A stretch of DNA of 64,000 nt from a virus (Duplodnaviria > Caudoviricetes): positions 561 to 64,560 of IMG/VR virus record IMGVR_UViG_3300021255_000041. The stretch is one strand, 5' to 3'. How positions within the stretch are numbered: position 1 is the stretch's first letter; each line of letters opens with the position of its first letter. Positions 7,463-15,851 of the stretch are shown one piece after another. Both the position numbers and the translations under genes were made by a program. The notes under the pieces were generated by a model. The model was not told the origin of the DNA, did not search any database, and worked only from the letters and a program-made list of their open reading frames with translations.

Positions 7463-10234
7463 TTAACTTTCTTTGTATTTGTTTACAGTTGACACTGAAA
7501 CACCTAAAGCATCAGCAATTTCCTGATTTGTGTAACCAGAAGCTTTCATTGCCTGGAGCTTATTTATTTTAGCTGGGGTCATTGTTTTTGCCGTACGAGG
7601 TGTAGCTCTTTTTCTAAGATCATCACCGTCAACATACTTAATAATCTGACGCAATTTGTTTTCTGATATTGCACCAGACTGAATTGCTTCCCATTCACGA
7701 TCAGAAAGCTTAATCGGCTGTCTTAGTGCGCCGACTCTGATTCGAGCAGAAGTCAGTTCACGTTGAGCAATCTTCTTAAGTTCTTTCTTTTCGATAGCAG
7801 GATTGTCCTGTTTTATAGCATCAACACGGGCTTTAGTCATGATCTGGGCGGTGCGCTCTCTAGGGGCGTTTTTAAGTGCCAGGTTGAGCCGGGAGTCAAG
7901 AGAATCTGCCTCTTTCTTATAAACTTTATTAGCAGAGGGGGAGTATTCTATACGCCCGGTATTGATCATCTCTTTGCGGGCCGAGTTTGCCATAGCCTTA
8001 AGGTTATTGGCATAGTTAGCATAGGCCAGCTCCACAGGGGTACGCCGGTTGGATACAAGGGTCATAGCGTCCGATGTCTCCATCATAGCGTTACTCTTCT
8101 GAGTCCTGGTAATTACTTTGCCTTTCTTATTGACATATGTCAGATTGTCAGCTGTTTTCCAGGAAACTGAGCCGTCCTCATTAATAATGGGGCTACCCTG
8201 TCTCTTAGGTACTGACCTCTGTGACTTGGCACGGGAGATGATAGTGGCGGCACCTTCGTGATACTTACCGTCTTCCCCTATATGTCCCTGATACTTTCTC
8301 TTAAGCTCAGCAATGTGGTTCTCCTTCTCGCTGCGCTTATAGTCCAGGTTATGCTTGTATGCATCAATAACTACCATATTGTGCATTGTCGCCCAGGCAA
8401 GTTCCTTTTCGGTCGCACCAAACTGGGTCATATCGCTCAGAAGGTTCGACACAGTGCCCATCTCTTTCTGAACAGCACCCTTGTTCATTCTCTTGTAGGG
8501 AACCGAGGTGCTGCCTGGACCGTATTTGTCTTTGGCATCGAAGCCCTCTAAGTCTTTGAGAGGCGGCGTCGACTGGACTTTAACTCTGTCCGATAATGGT
8601 ATGACCATAACGGTATCACCGTCAAAGTCAGCTCCGGACAGACGATCCGCAGTAGCCTTCGTAATACCGATCGCATCTTTCGGGTTCGTACCAATAACAT
8701 CTTTGCCTTCCTGCACTTTGTTGTTAACTTTGCAGATAGGGATCTGATAAGTACCCTCATGCGGGAATCTGACAAGAGCTACTCTTTCGCCGTCTCTGTA
8801 GTTAGGCGCATAGACCTCGTTATCGTTGATTGTGGTCAAAGGAAGGATGACCTGATAACTCTGACGAGGAAGTGACGCACCCTGCAGATGGACCGCAGCA
8901 GAATCGCAGTCATCCGCAAAGGACTTAAGAAGCTCTTTCTTGACCGTCGGATTGGTCAGCGATCTGATCTCCTCAAGTTCCATCTTTTTATCCGCAATGG
9001 ACAGATTGAGCTGGTTATTAATAAGCTTCATATCCTGCTTAGCAAGGAACTGTGATGGCAGCTTATTCTTCCAGTCCCCCCAGTCTCCTTCATCGCCACG
9101 TTTATTGATCAGTGAAAGGTGCTCTTTACCGTCGTCTCCTTCATAATAGCTCTGACCGCCTACTTCTTTGATCAACGACCCAAATGGGTTCTTAGGGTCG
9201 TCTGTAATCTGCTTCAATACCGAATGGTCTTTCGGTCCAAGAGCGGGAGTTCCTTTCTTCTTGTTGGTGTTAAACATGACGTCCACGCCATCAGGAAGGT
9301 TGTCGGAATATATAGCCATGCCCTTGAGGTAATGAGTACCATCGACCAGGATGCGAACCTGTGCGTAATGACTGTCTCCGAGAGAAAGGTCTTTTACACC
9401 TCTACGGATCTCGATCACGCCATCCTTCGCTTCACCACCATCTTCGGCGTAGCGAATAGCCAGTCGCTTTGAGTCCATGCTTGCAGGATATTCAAAGGCT
9501 TTTCTGATTTCCCGTCCATTGTCGACAAGGATCTTGTCGTAGTCCTTAAGCGAATGTACGTCTTCGAAGTTGTAAATGTCTTTATGCTGCGTACCGGGAG
9601 GACATAACACTTTAAGGTTGGTCTGTCTTCCGGGATTGGTTGCCTGAGGTACGCCACCGCCATAGACCTCGTATCCTTCGGCCTTGAGCAATTCAAGAGC
9701 CTGGTCGAATTTCTCTTTGGATACATTGCACTCACGCTCGACACCAGCACCAACATCGATCATACCTTTCTTATTCACAGCTTCTCTGAGATAATCGGCA
9801 GTGACCTTTGCGCTGTCCATGCGTGCTTCTGCATTCTCATTGAGAAGCGATCTGATGGAGGATTCACTGTTATAACCCATTTCTTCTGCGATCTGGGTTC
9901 GCGTTAAGCCTTTTTCCTGAAGCTCTTTTGCTTTGGCAACTTTGGCTGATCTTTCCTCGTTTTTAGCAAGGGCATAGTAAGCTCTGAACTGAGTGGTTGA
10001 TAAATTCAAAGACTTGGCAATGGCTGTATCACCTTTGAAGGTTTCGCCAGTATCAGGATCCGTCCAGGTGAATCCTTCTTTACGCATCTTCTTGACACGA
10101 CTCACGAAATCGCCGCTATGCTGATTGGGATTTTCACCGCTGCCCAATGGATATCTGCCTGATCCACGTCCAGGTGCTCCGTCCATTTTACTGACACCGT
10201 AGTGCATTAAGATGTCTTCAGCCACTTTGTTCAT
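7463..10234 (-). CDS. Single-subunit two-barrel (double-psi) RNA polymerase with HTH domains
   Basis: GADFDGD at 8615-8629 (D536-D540), R489FPH, AQVRILVDGTHYLKG (RdRP-type QxR..KG); HTHs at N- and C-termini. Confidence 0.8.
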   Translation of the reverse strand: MNKVAEDILMHYGVSKMDGAPGRGSGRYPLGSGENPNQHSGDFVSRVKKMRKEGFTWTDPDTGETFKGDTAIAKSLNLSTTQFRAYYALAKNEERSAKVAKAKELQEKGLTRTQIAEEMGYNSESSIRSLLNENAEARMDSAKVTADYLREAVNKKGMIDVGAGVERECNVSKEKFDQALELLKAEGYEVYGGGVPQATNPGRQTNLKVLCPPGTQHKDIYNFEDVHSLKDYDKILVDNGREIRKAFEYPASMDSKRLAIRYAEDGGEAKDGVIEIRRGVKDLSLGDSHYAQVRILVDGTHYLKGMAIYSDNLPDGVDVMFNTNKKKGTPALGPKDHSVLKQITDDPKNPFGSLIKEVGGQSYYEGDDGKEHLSLINKRGDEGDWGDWKNKLPSQFLAKQDMKLINNQLNLSIADKKMELEEIRSLTNPTVKKELLKSFADDCDSAAVHLQGASLPRQSYQVILPLTTINDNEVYAPNYRDGERVALVRFPHEGTYQIPICKVNNKVQEGKDVIGTNPKDAIGITKATADRLSGADFDGDTVMVIPLSDRVKVQSTPPLKDLEGFDAKDKYGPGSTSVPYKRMNKGAVQKEMGTVSNLLSDMTQFGATEKELAWATMHNMVVIDAYKHNLDYKRSEKENHIAELKRKYQGHIGEDGKYHEGAATIISRAKSQRSVPKRQGSPIINEDGSVSWKTADNLTYVNKKGKVITRTQKSNAMMETSDAMTLVSNRRTPVELAYANYANNLKAMANSARKEMINTGRIEYSPSANKVYKKEADSLDSRLNLALKNAPRERTAQIMTKARVDAIKQDNPAIEKKELKKIAQRELTSARIRVGALRQPIKLSDREWEAIQSGAISENKLRQIIKYVDGDDLRKRATPRTAKTMTPAKINKLQAMKASGYTNQEIADALGVSVSTVNKYKES

Positions 10235-10896
10235 CGTTGCTCCCCTTTCTCGATATTACTCACAAAAGAATTGATGGCTACAATCCGATCCATGATCGGA
10301 AGAATAACTTCGAAACCCGGATTTGCGATGAGGATGTCATCGGATTGATACAAACGAAGCTCTATCTCCGTCGGCTTCGCTTTGTACTCCAAACAAAAAA
10401 GAGCAGCGTATACTTCAAGCTGCTCCATGTGTGCCGGATGGTCACCGGTCTTCAAATCATGAATTTGTAATCGATCATTCCTGTAAGAGATCGTATCGGC
10501 AGTGCCGAAAAAGAAATCAGAATAAACAAGTTTCTGTTCCGGTTTCATCTTGAAACTCACACCATCATTGATGTAGTGCTTGACCGTTTCATAAACGATG
10601 TCCGGTAAGTAGTTTAGGTGTTGTAGCAACACCAGTCCGTAAGCGAGGTTGTCAAGATGCTTATATTTAGTATAAATATAATTCTCGACAGAATCCTCTA
10701 ATTTCTTGACTCCGGAAATCCGATGCCCCAACTCAATCTGGGAAGCAGCGAATTCATGGATCTCTGTGCCGATCAACGATCGGTATTGACTTTGGAACTT
10801 GTTAATAATTTTGTCGCCATCGTATCGCAGCCATGCGCTTTGACTTGGTGGAAACAAAGCGTGGCCCTCAACATCTGAATGCTCGTTGAAGATCAT
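10231..10896 (-). CDS. PD-(D/E)xK exonuclease (Cas4/lambda-exonuclease-like)
   Basis: GTEIHE, GTADTI, IHDLKTG, QLEVYA motifs. Confidence 0.75.
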   Translation of the reverse strand: MIFNEHSDVEGHALFPPSQSAWLRYDGDKIINKFQSQYRSLIGTEIHEFAASQIELGHRISGVKKLEDSVENYIYTKYKHLDNLAYGLVLLQHLNYLPDIVYETVKHYINDGVSFKMKPEQKLVYSDFFFGTADTISYRNDRLQIHDLKTGDHPAHMEQLEVYAALFCLEYKAKPTEIELRLYQSDDILIANPGFEVILPIMDRIVAINSFVSNIEKGEQR

Positions 10897-11173
10897 TAAG
10901 TACTTCCTCCTTGTTCTCAGGACATATGAATCTTGAGAAAGACATCTTGTCCATGAGTCCTACATAGTAACTTTGATTTGGTTGCTTCTTAGCCTTGGTG
11001 GTTTTCTTGCATTCTAACGTTGCCCATTTGTTTTTGTACAAAACTAAGAGATCGGGTATCCCCTGCAGGTAACCCGAATCGAGTTTCATTACAAGGCATC
11101 CTTTAAAAAGCTTTTCAAGTTCTTTTATCAGCTTAGCCTGAAAGTCTCGTTCGAGTTTCGAATTATCAGCCAT
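10868..11173 (-). CDS. VRR-NUC domain nuclease
   Basis: ERDFQAKLI, GIPDLLVL, LECK, QPNQ motifs; start MADNSK after RBS GAGGAGG. Confidence 0.8.
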   Translation of the reverse strand: MADNSKLERDFQAKLIKELEKLFKGCLVMKLDSGYLQGIPDLLVLYKNKWATLECKKTTKAKKQPNQSYYVGLMDKMSFSRFICPENKEEVLNDLQRAFRC

Positions 11174-11229
11174 GGAATATCCTCCTCTAAACAAAAGAGG
11201 GGAAGTCGCGTTTATATTCTATCTTCTCC

Positions 11230-11255
11230 TCATAAAAGGGCGTGTTATTTTTGCG
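11230..11255 (-). promoter_or_regulatory. Phage promoter motif copy 2 (heads the nuclease-RNAP operon), followed by hairpin and U tract
   Basis: CG CAAAAAT AACA CGCCCTT TTATGA; hairpin 11197-11231. Confidence 0.7.
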
Positions 11256-11319
11256 AAGGATTTTTGGGCAAAAATAAAAGGCCCGCCAATAAGCGAGCCC
11301 AATTCATATCAATAAGTTT

Positions 11320-11643
11320 TCAATCGTCATCTAGTTCCCCGTGAACTTCCTCATACATTTCGTATTCATCGTCGTCATCATCGTCCTCGTCATCGTCCTC
11401 GTCATCGTCCTCGTCATCAGGAAATATTCCTTCACGTGCGAGGACCTCTTCCTCAGTAGGATATAATTCATCATACTCTTCATCGGTAAAACCATAGTGG
11501 TCTAAGTCGTCGGAATTACCACAGTTCGGACACACCAGAGTGTCTTCGTTATCATCTTCGAACTCCATTCGTGCTCCGCATTCTCTGCAGTAATATCCGC
11601 CACCATGTAAACCTCTAATCAATGCGTCGTTGAAAAAATCCAT
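11320..11643 (-). CDS. Zinc-ribbon protein with highly acidic tail
   Basis: CRECG...CPNCG, then D/E-rich tail partly encoded by a 12-bp tandem repeat x3 (11378-11413). Confidence 0.75.
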   Translation of the reverse strand: MDFFNDALIRGLHGGGYYCRECGARMEFEDDNEDTLVCPNCGNSDDLDHYGFTDEEYDELYPTEEEVLAREGIFPDDEDDDEDDDEDDDDDDEYEMYEEVHGELDDD

Positions 11644-11711
11644 TTCTTCATCTCCTTTCTTTAAAATATAATTTTATGAAAGGTAGACAAAGAGCTCTTT
11701 ATCACTTCCCT

Positions 11712-11737
11712 TCATAAAAGGGTGTGTAAATTTGAGT
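11712..11737 (-). promoter_or_regulatory. Phage promoter motif copy 3 (lacks CG)
   Basis: AC TCAAATT TACA CACCCTT TTATGA. Confidence 0.55.
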
Positions 11738-11741
11738 AGCT

Positions 11742-12332
11742 CTACTCAATGGTCACGGAAGTGTCTATTAGTTTCTTTTCGACCCTTGCCATAACATCGA
11801 CATAATACTTGTAGTCTTCGGCACTCAGATTATCCTCATTATATGAATCAATCTTCGTCGCAAAGTCTGCGTAATCAGACATTAAAGACGTATACTTTGC
11901 TAACATGGTGGGATTGGTCGCGTCATACGACTGCATAAAGTCACAATAGTCATTCATGAACGATTCGTAAGAATCCATATATTCTTTGAACTCCGGAGTC
12001 ACACCGCCAGCGTCGGCGGCAGGAGCTTCAGTCTGCTTGTTTGTCTGCGCCTGAGTAGAAGAGGCCGTCTCCGTTGTCTTTGCAGTTGTCTCCTTCTCAG
12101 TTGTCTTTGTCGGTATCACGGACGCGACTTCCGACGGAAGCTTGTCAGCAACCTTGTTGACCATACCATTTTGATATGCGTAATACCCGGCGCCAACAAT
12201 TATGACAAGCAACAGAAGATTTCTAAAAGCATGACTCTTCTTTTGCTTTGCTCCACACTGAGGACATTTCTTTGCGCTCTTCGCTATCTCCGATCCACAG
12301 ACCCTGCAGCGAACCAATTTATCACGTGACAT
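11742..12332 (-). CDS. Zinc-ribbon single-pass membrane protein (DUF6591-like C-terminus); lysogenic-conversion candidate
   Basis: CRVCG..CPQCG, TM helix LLLLVIIVGAGYY, T/E-rich linker, FKEYMDSYESFMNDYCDFM domain; own sigmaA promoter. Confidence 0.75.
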   Translation of the reverse strand: MSRDKLVRCRVCGSEIAKSAKKCPQCGAKQKKSHAFRNLLLLVIIVGAGYYAYQNGMVNKVADKLPSEVASVIPTKTTEKETTAKTTETASSTQAQTNKQTEAPAADAGGVTPEFKEYMDSYESFMNDYCDFMQSYDATNPTMLAKYTSLMSDYADFATKIDSYNEDNLSAEDYKYYVDVMARVEKKLIDTSVTIE

Positions 12333-12381
12333 TTTTCTTTCTTCCTCCCTTTGATGAAAATTGCAAAATCAGTCCGAAATC

Positions 12382-12410
12382 ATCATACCACACCCCCTCC
12401 GAAACGGCAA
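12382..12410 (-). promoter_or_regulatory. Host sigmaA-type promoter with extended -10
   Basis: TTGCCG, 17 nt, TATGAT with TG at the extended -10 position. Confidence 0.7.
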
Positions 12411-12442
12411 TTATTATGCTTTGCGAAAAGCGGTTATTTATT

Positions 12443-12813
12443 TTTTTGTACAACAAAAATTGCCCACTTTGCCCACTTTTTTTTGGCTTTATTTTTTATA
12501 AAAAAATTTTTTTCTATTACAAAACCATAAAAAAAAGTGGGAAAGTGGGCAGAAAGCCCGGAAACCCGCATAAATACTGGGCAAAACGGCTGCCCACTTT
12601 TTTTTCAAAAGTGGGCAAAAACCCAGAAAAGTGGGCAGAAATCTCGATTTTTTGTACAACAAAAATTCAAAATTATTTTTTGTACAACAAAAATTCGCAA
12701 ATTTTGCCCACTTTTTTCAAATTTTGCCCACTTTTGGCCCTAAAAAGTGGGCAAAAAATCGATTTAATGTACAACAAAAAATCAAATTTTGCCTATTTTT
12801 TGTACAACAAAAA
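12443..12813. repeat. AT-rich iteron array, putative replication origin
   Basis: 5 copies of quasi-palindrome TTTTTGT-ACA-ACAAAAA (12443, 12649, 12677, variant 12764, 12797); 9 copies of TGCCCACTTT in both orientations. Confidence 0.7.
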
Positions 12814-12818
12814 TTCAT

Positions 12819-13046
12819 TCAAAGACACATATCGTAAAATATTTCAATAGCTCTTCGAACCACTGCACTCTCTGAAATCTGATGGTAAAAAGCAAGCTCT
12901 TCAATGTGAGTTTTTTCTTTTTCTGTCAATCTAATGCCCATGTAATACTTTCTACCATTATAACGCTTAGGTCTCCCCCTCTTCTTTTTCTCCTCCAAAA
13001 TCATCATCCCTTCTTCCATCAAAGACTCTGTCAAGGAACCCTGCAA
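12819..13046 (-). CDS. Small DNA-binding protein (ribbon-helix-helix/AT-hook-like)
   Basis: KKRGRPK, MGIRLTEKEK...ISESAVVRRAI; next to the iterons. Confidence 0.55.
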   Translation of the reverse strand: MQGSLTESLMEEGMMILEEKKKRGRPKRYNGRKYYMGIRLTEKEKTHIEELAFYHQISESAVVRRAIEIFYDMCL

Positions 13047-13260
13047 CCGCCATGCTCGGCTTCGAAATCGTTTTGAAAATCCAAATTCCGACCATCACAA
13101 TGCACCAAAACCACCACACACACAGGTTCATAAAGAATAATACAGGCAGCATATCTTCCCACTCGTCAGGATCCCAATGCAGCATTACACCCGTGCAAAA
13201 TGTGGCAGCCATGAACCAAAGTACTGTCAAGAGGATGCAGAAACAGGCATGGTACAGCAT
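12967..13260 (-). CDS. Small membrane protein
   Basis: Two hydrophobic segments. Confidence 0.5.
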   Translation of the reverse strand: MLYHACFCILLTVLWFMAATFCTGVMLHWDPDEWEDMLPVLFFMNLCVWWFWCIVMVGIWIFKTISKPSMAVAGFLDRVFDGRRDDDFGGEKEEGET

Positions 13261-13264
13261 AAAT

Positions 13265-13477
13265 TCACCCCCTCAAACTCTCTGTTTTCTCTACAGCACT
13301 CATAAAATTTGAAAACTCATCAGAGCATTTCGGACAGAAATCAAGATTACCGTTCGTCAGCCAGCCCTCGGGTTTATCCGTATATATATCACCCGTTCCG
13401 GTCAATCTCGTTAGCTTTTCAAGAAAAATAGACTCCCCACACCGGTCACAGCACACCAATTTACCTATTCTTTGCAT
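13265..13477 (-). CDS. Small Cys-rich hypothetical protein
   Basis: Start MQRIGKLVCCDRCG after RBS GGAGGTG; CxxC pairs. Confidence 0.55.
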   Translation of the reverse strand: MQRIGKLVCCDRCGESIFLEKLTRLTGTGDIYTDKPEGWLTNGNLDFCPKCSDEFSNFMSAVEKTESLRG

Positions 13478-13671
13478 AAATTCACCTCCTCTGCCCTTCT
13501 TTCTACCCAAAATACCCAGTAAATTCGAAGTTGATCTTATCATCAGAGCCCAAAACGAGCTTAATTCCGTCCTTGATCTGGCCCAAAAACGACGTTTCAA
13601 CCAGCTTTCCGTCGACAACGGCCGTCAAATCGACCCTCACGAGCCCATCTGTGTCGATTTTTCTCAAAATA

Positions 13672-13938
13672 TCAAGCTCTTTCTCCATCAACAGCCTCCA
13701 GTTCACTGTAATATCTCCTGTTCCAGGCATCGGCAACAACATCGCACGCCTCCTGAGACTTCGATGAGCAGCCATAATCCGAGATTTTTACCCTCCCGGA
13801 CCGTGCGTTACACACTGTACACCTCACAAAGGCCACTTTCGTGGTCTTCCCATCGATGAAAGCCCGGTGTGACTTCTCCAGATACGCTCTCCCCCCGCAA
13901 AACGGACATTTTTTCAGTCTCTTGATCGTAATTCTCAT
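13672..13938 (-). CDS. Lar-like restriction alleviation protein
   Basis: LKKCPFCGG...VRCTVCNA...AWNRR signature. Confidence 0.7.
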   Translation of the reverse strand: MRITIKRLKKCPFCGGRAYLEKSHRAFIDGKTTKVAFVRCTVCNARSGRVKISDYGCSSKSQEACDVVADAWNRRYYSELEAVDGERA

Positions 13939-14105
13939 ACCAGCAAAGCTCCTTTCTTCCCTGCATTACCCTGTTTCAGACTGTTTTTATCCCTTTCCGC
14001 CTTCTTTTTGCGAAGATATAAGTCCCGATCAGCCCTTATAATCGCCACTGCAGCTGTCGGATCGCTATAACCATACTGATTTCTCCAAATTCCAGGCATT
14101 ATCAT
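13935..14105 (-). CDS. 56-aa hypothetical protein (not in ORF track)
   Basis: MIMPGIWRNQYGYSDPTAAVA...; stop overlaps the Lar start (ATGA). Confidence 0.55.
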   Translation of the reverse strand: MIMPGIWRNQYGYSDPTAAVAIIRADRDLYLRKKKAERDKNSLKQGNAGKKGALLV

Positions 14106-14512
14106 GTGCTTTCCTCCTTATTCGTCCATTTTATCGATGTATATTACCGCCAGAACCACAGTCAAAATCACTCCAAACATAATTCCACTGCAAAAAATGA
14201 ACATTCCGCTCACTGAAATCACCTCCCATCGTCCACAAGATTCAAAATTTGCTTCTTCAGCTCGTTAACTTCCTCATTTTTCGAGATATAAGCCATCAAA
14301 ATGAAGGGTACACAGAGCTTGAAATCAGGATCATCTCTCTCGCACCACCCACTCTGGCTCGGACAAACCTGTTTGTACGGACATTTCACGCTCATCACCC
14401 CCGATCAAGTACAATCCAAGCGGCAAAAGCACCAAACTCATGGTCCCATCACGCAAAATTGCAATAAAAAAGAGCGCCAGCGCTACCAGCGCGACGCCCA
14501 TGAGACGAATTT

Positions 14513-14863
14513 TCATACCTCTTTTACCTCCAGACGGATCCCAGCATACTCCCAAAGATCCTTTTTAAGGTCTTCCATCTTAATTTCACCATTCTCATAC
14601 TGCTCATAATAGTCGAGAACGTGCTGAGTGAACTCCGGAATCCGTTTTTCATAGGACTTAGTCCAGTAATGATCCATCAAAACCTCAAGCGGCAGGGTCA
14701 AAAGCAGCACCAGGACCTCACTGAGGACAGCGTCATGCTCTTCCTCACGAGCTTTTCGAATCGCGTCGTCCATGATCAGGTCTAGCTGCTCCCTTGTGAC
14801 ATGGTATACAGCCTCTTTACTCTTCGATTCCCTCTCCTGACGCCGTCTTTCGCTCCTGGTCAT
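14513..14863 (-). CDS. Hypothetical protein
   Basis: 116 aa, coupled to neighbours. Confidence 0.65.
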   Translation of the reverse strand: MTRSERRRQERESKSKEAVYHVTREQLDLIMDDAIRKAREEEHDAVLSEVLVLLLTLPLEVLMDHYWTKSYEKRIPEFTQHVLDYYEQYENGEIKMEDLKKDLWEYAGIRLEVKEV

Positions 14864-15018
14864 CCATCAACATCCTTTCAAACGCCTTCGCAACAATCCT
14901 GTACTGTTTGAGCAAGGTCTTATCGCCGGTCATCGTCTCTATAAAGGTTTCGACTCGCTTCCGATTAGCTTCCAGATATAAATCTATATACGAACAATTC
15001 GCGCACTTACCGGTCAGT

Positions 15019-15567
15019 TCAAGTTTTATCGCCATTGTCCGATTCCTCCCCATACAATCTGTCTAATGTCGTTTTGATCGTGTCAAGATAACGTTCGACT
15101 GTTTTCCTGGTGCTACTCGACAGTTTCATGGTCTTTTTATGCGCATCATACCACTCAAAGATCTCGTATAGATTGCCTTTAGCGAATGAGAAAGACCACC
15201 AATCGCATATCATTTCGATAATGTACTCGATCGGCATGTCGAGGCAAATATAATTCCTCCCGGTCGACGGATCGTCTTCCAGCAAGACCCAATACTGCCA
15301 ATGGTGTGGATTATGATGAATATGATGCAGCCAGGCTCTGTTGAAATCCTCTACAACCTTATGAGACCGGTTATTACCATAGAAATAAGCGTCGTATGCG
15401 TTGTATTCCTCTGCGTCTGTCTTCGAAGCGTCATGCACGCGAATGAGATTCCCCGTATTTAGATTGCATTCCCCTGTATTGTCACAAAGCCACATATAAG
15501 CTGCCTCTACCCCGGCTTTATGCCTTTTTAAATACTCATCATACTGATAACTCATCGGCTCCCTCAC
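15019..15567 (-). CDS. HD-like protein (DUF5662-like)
   Basis: HDASK, AWLHHIHHNPHHWQYW, EMICDW motifs. Confidence 0.65.
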   Translation of the reverse strand: MREPMSYQYDEYLKRHKAGVEAAYMWLCDNTGECNLNTGNLIRVHDASKTDAEEYNAYDAYFYGNNRSHKVVEDFNRAWLHHIHHNPHHWQYWVLLEDDPSTGRNYICLDMPIEYIIEMICDWWSFSFAKGNLYEIFEWYDAHKKTMKLSSSTRKTVERYLDTIKTTLDRLYGEESDNGDKT

Positions 15568-15851
15568 TTTCTACAAAAAATACAAGAGGCATCTGAGCCT
15601 CCACAACGTGCAGGTATCGCTTTCTCGTTTCATTCATGACATACATACCCGCCATTAACCTGATTTTTAAATCACTCATCTAAACGTCCCTCCTACTTTC
15701 AACTCAAACACGAGCATTGCTACCCACCACATAAGGCAAGGAATCTTGATAACCGTCCAGAAGTTCCTGTTGTTCATCTCAAAATCCAGAGTCAGTGTGA
15801 CAGTCAAAAATAGAATCCATAACGCGTAGCAAATCAGCCGCATTGTATCCA

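Noticed and set aside
10231-10896. Cas4-like nuclease as part of a CRISPR-Cas system
   Set aside because: Solo PD-(D/E)xK exonucleases are common phage recombination genes; no cas1/cas2 or array
12443-12459. TTTGTACAA resemblance to the lambda/Gateway attB1 core
   Set aside because: Flanks do not match and the motif is a five-copy palindrome; coincidence, not vector contamination
12443-12813. Repeat array as a CRISPR array
   Set aside because: Two short motifs in mixed orientation with irregular, non-unique gaps; no cas genes; fits iterons
12248-12850. Plus-strand ORFs over the iteron region
   Set aside because: Low-complexity F/K-rich translations of repeats, without RBS
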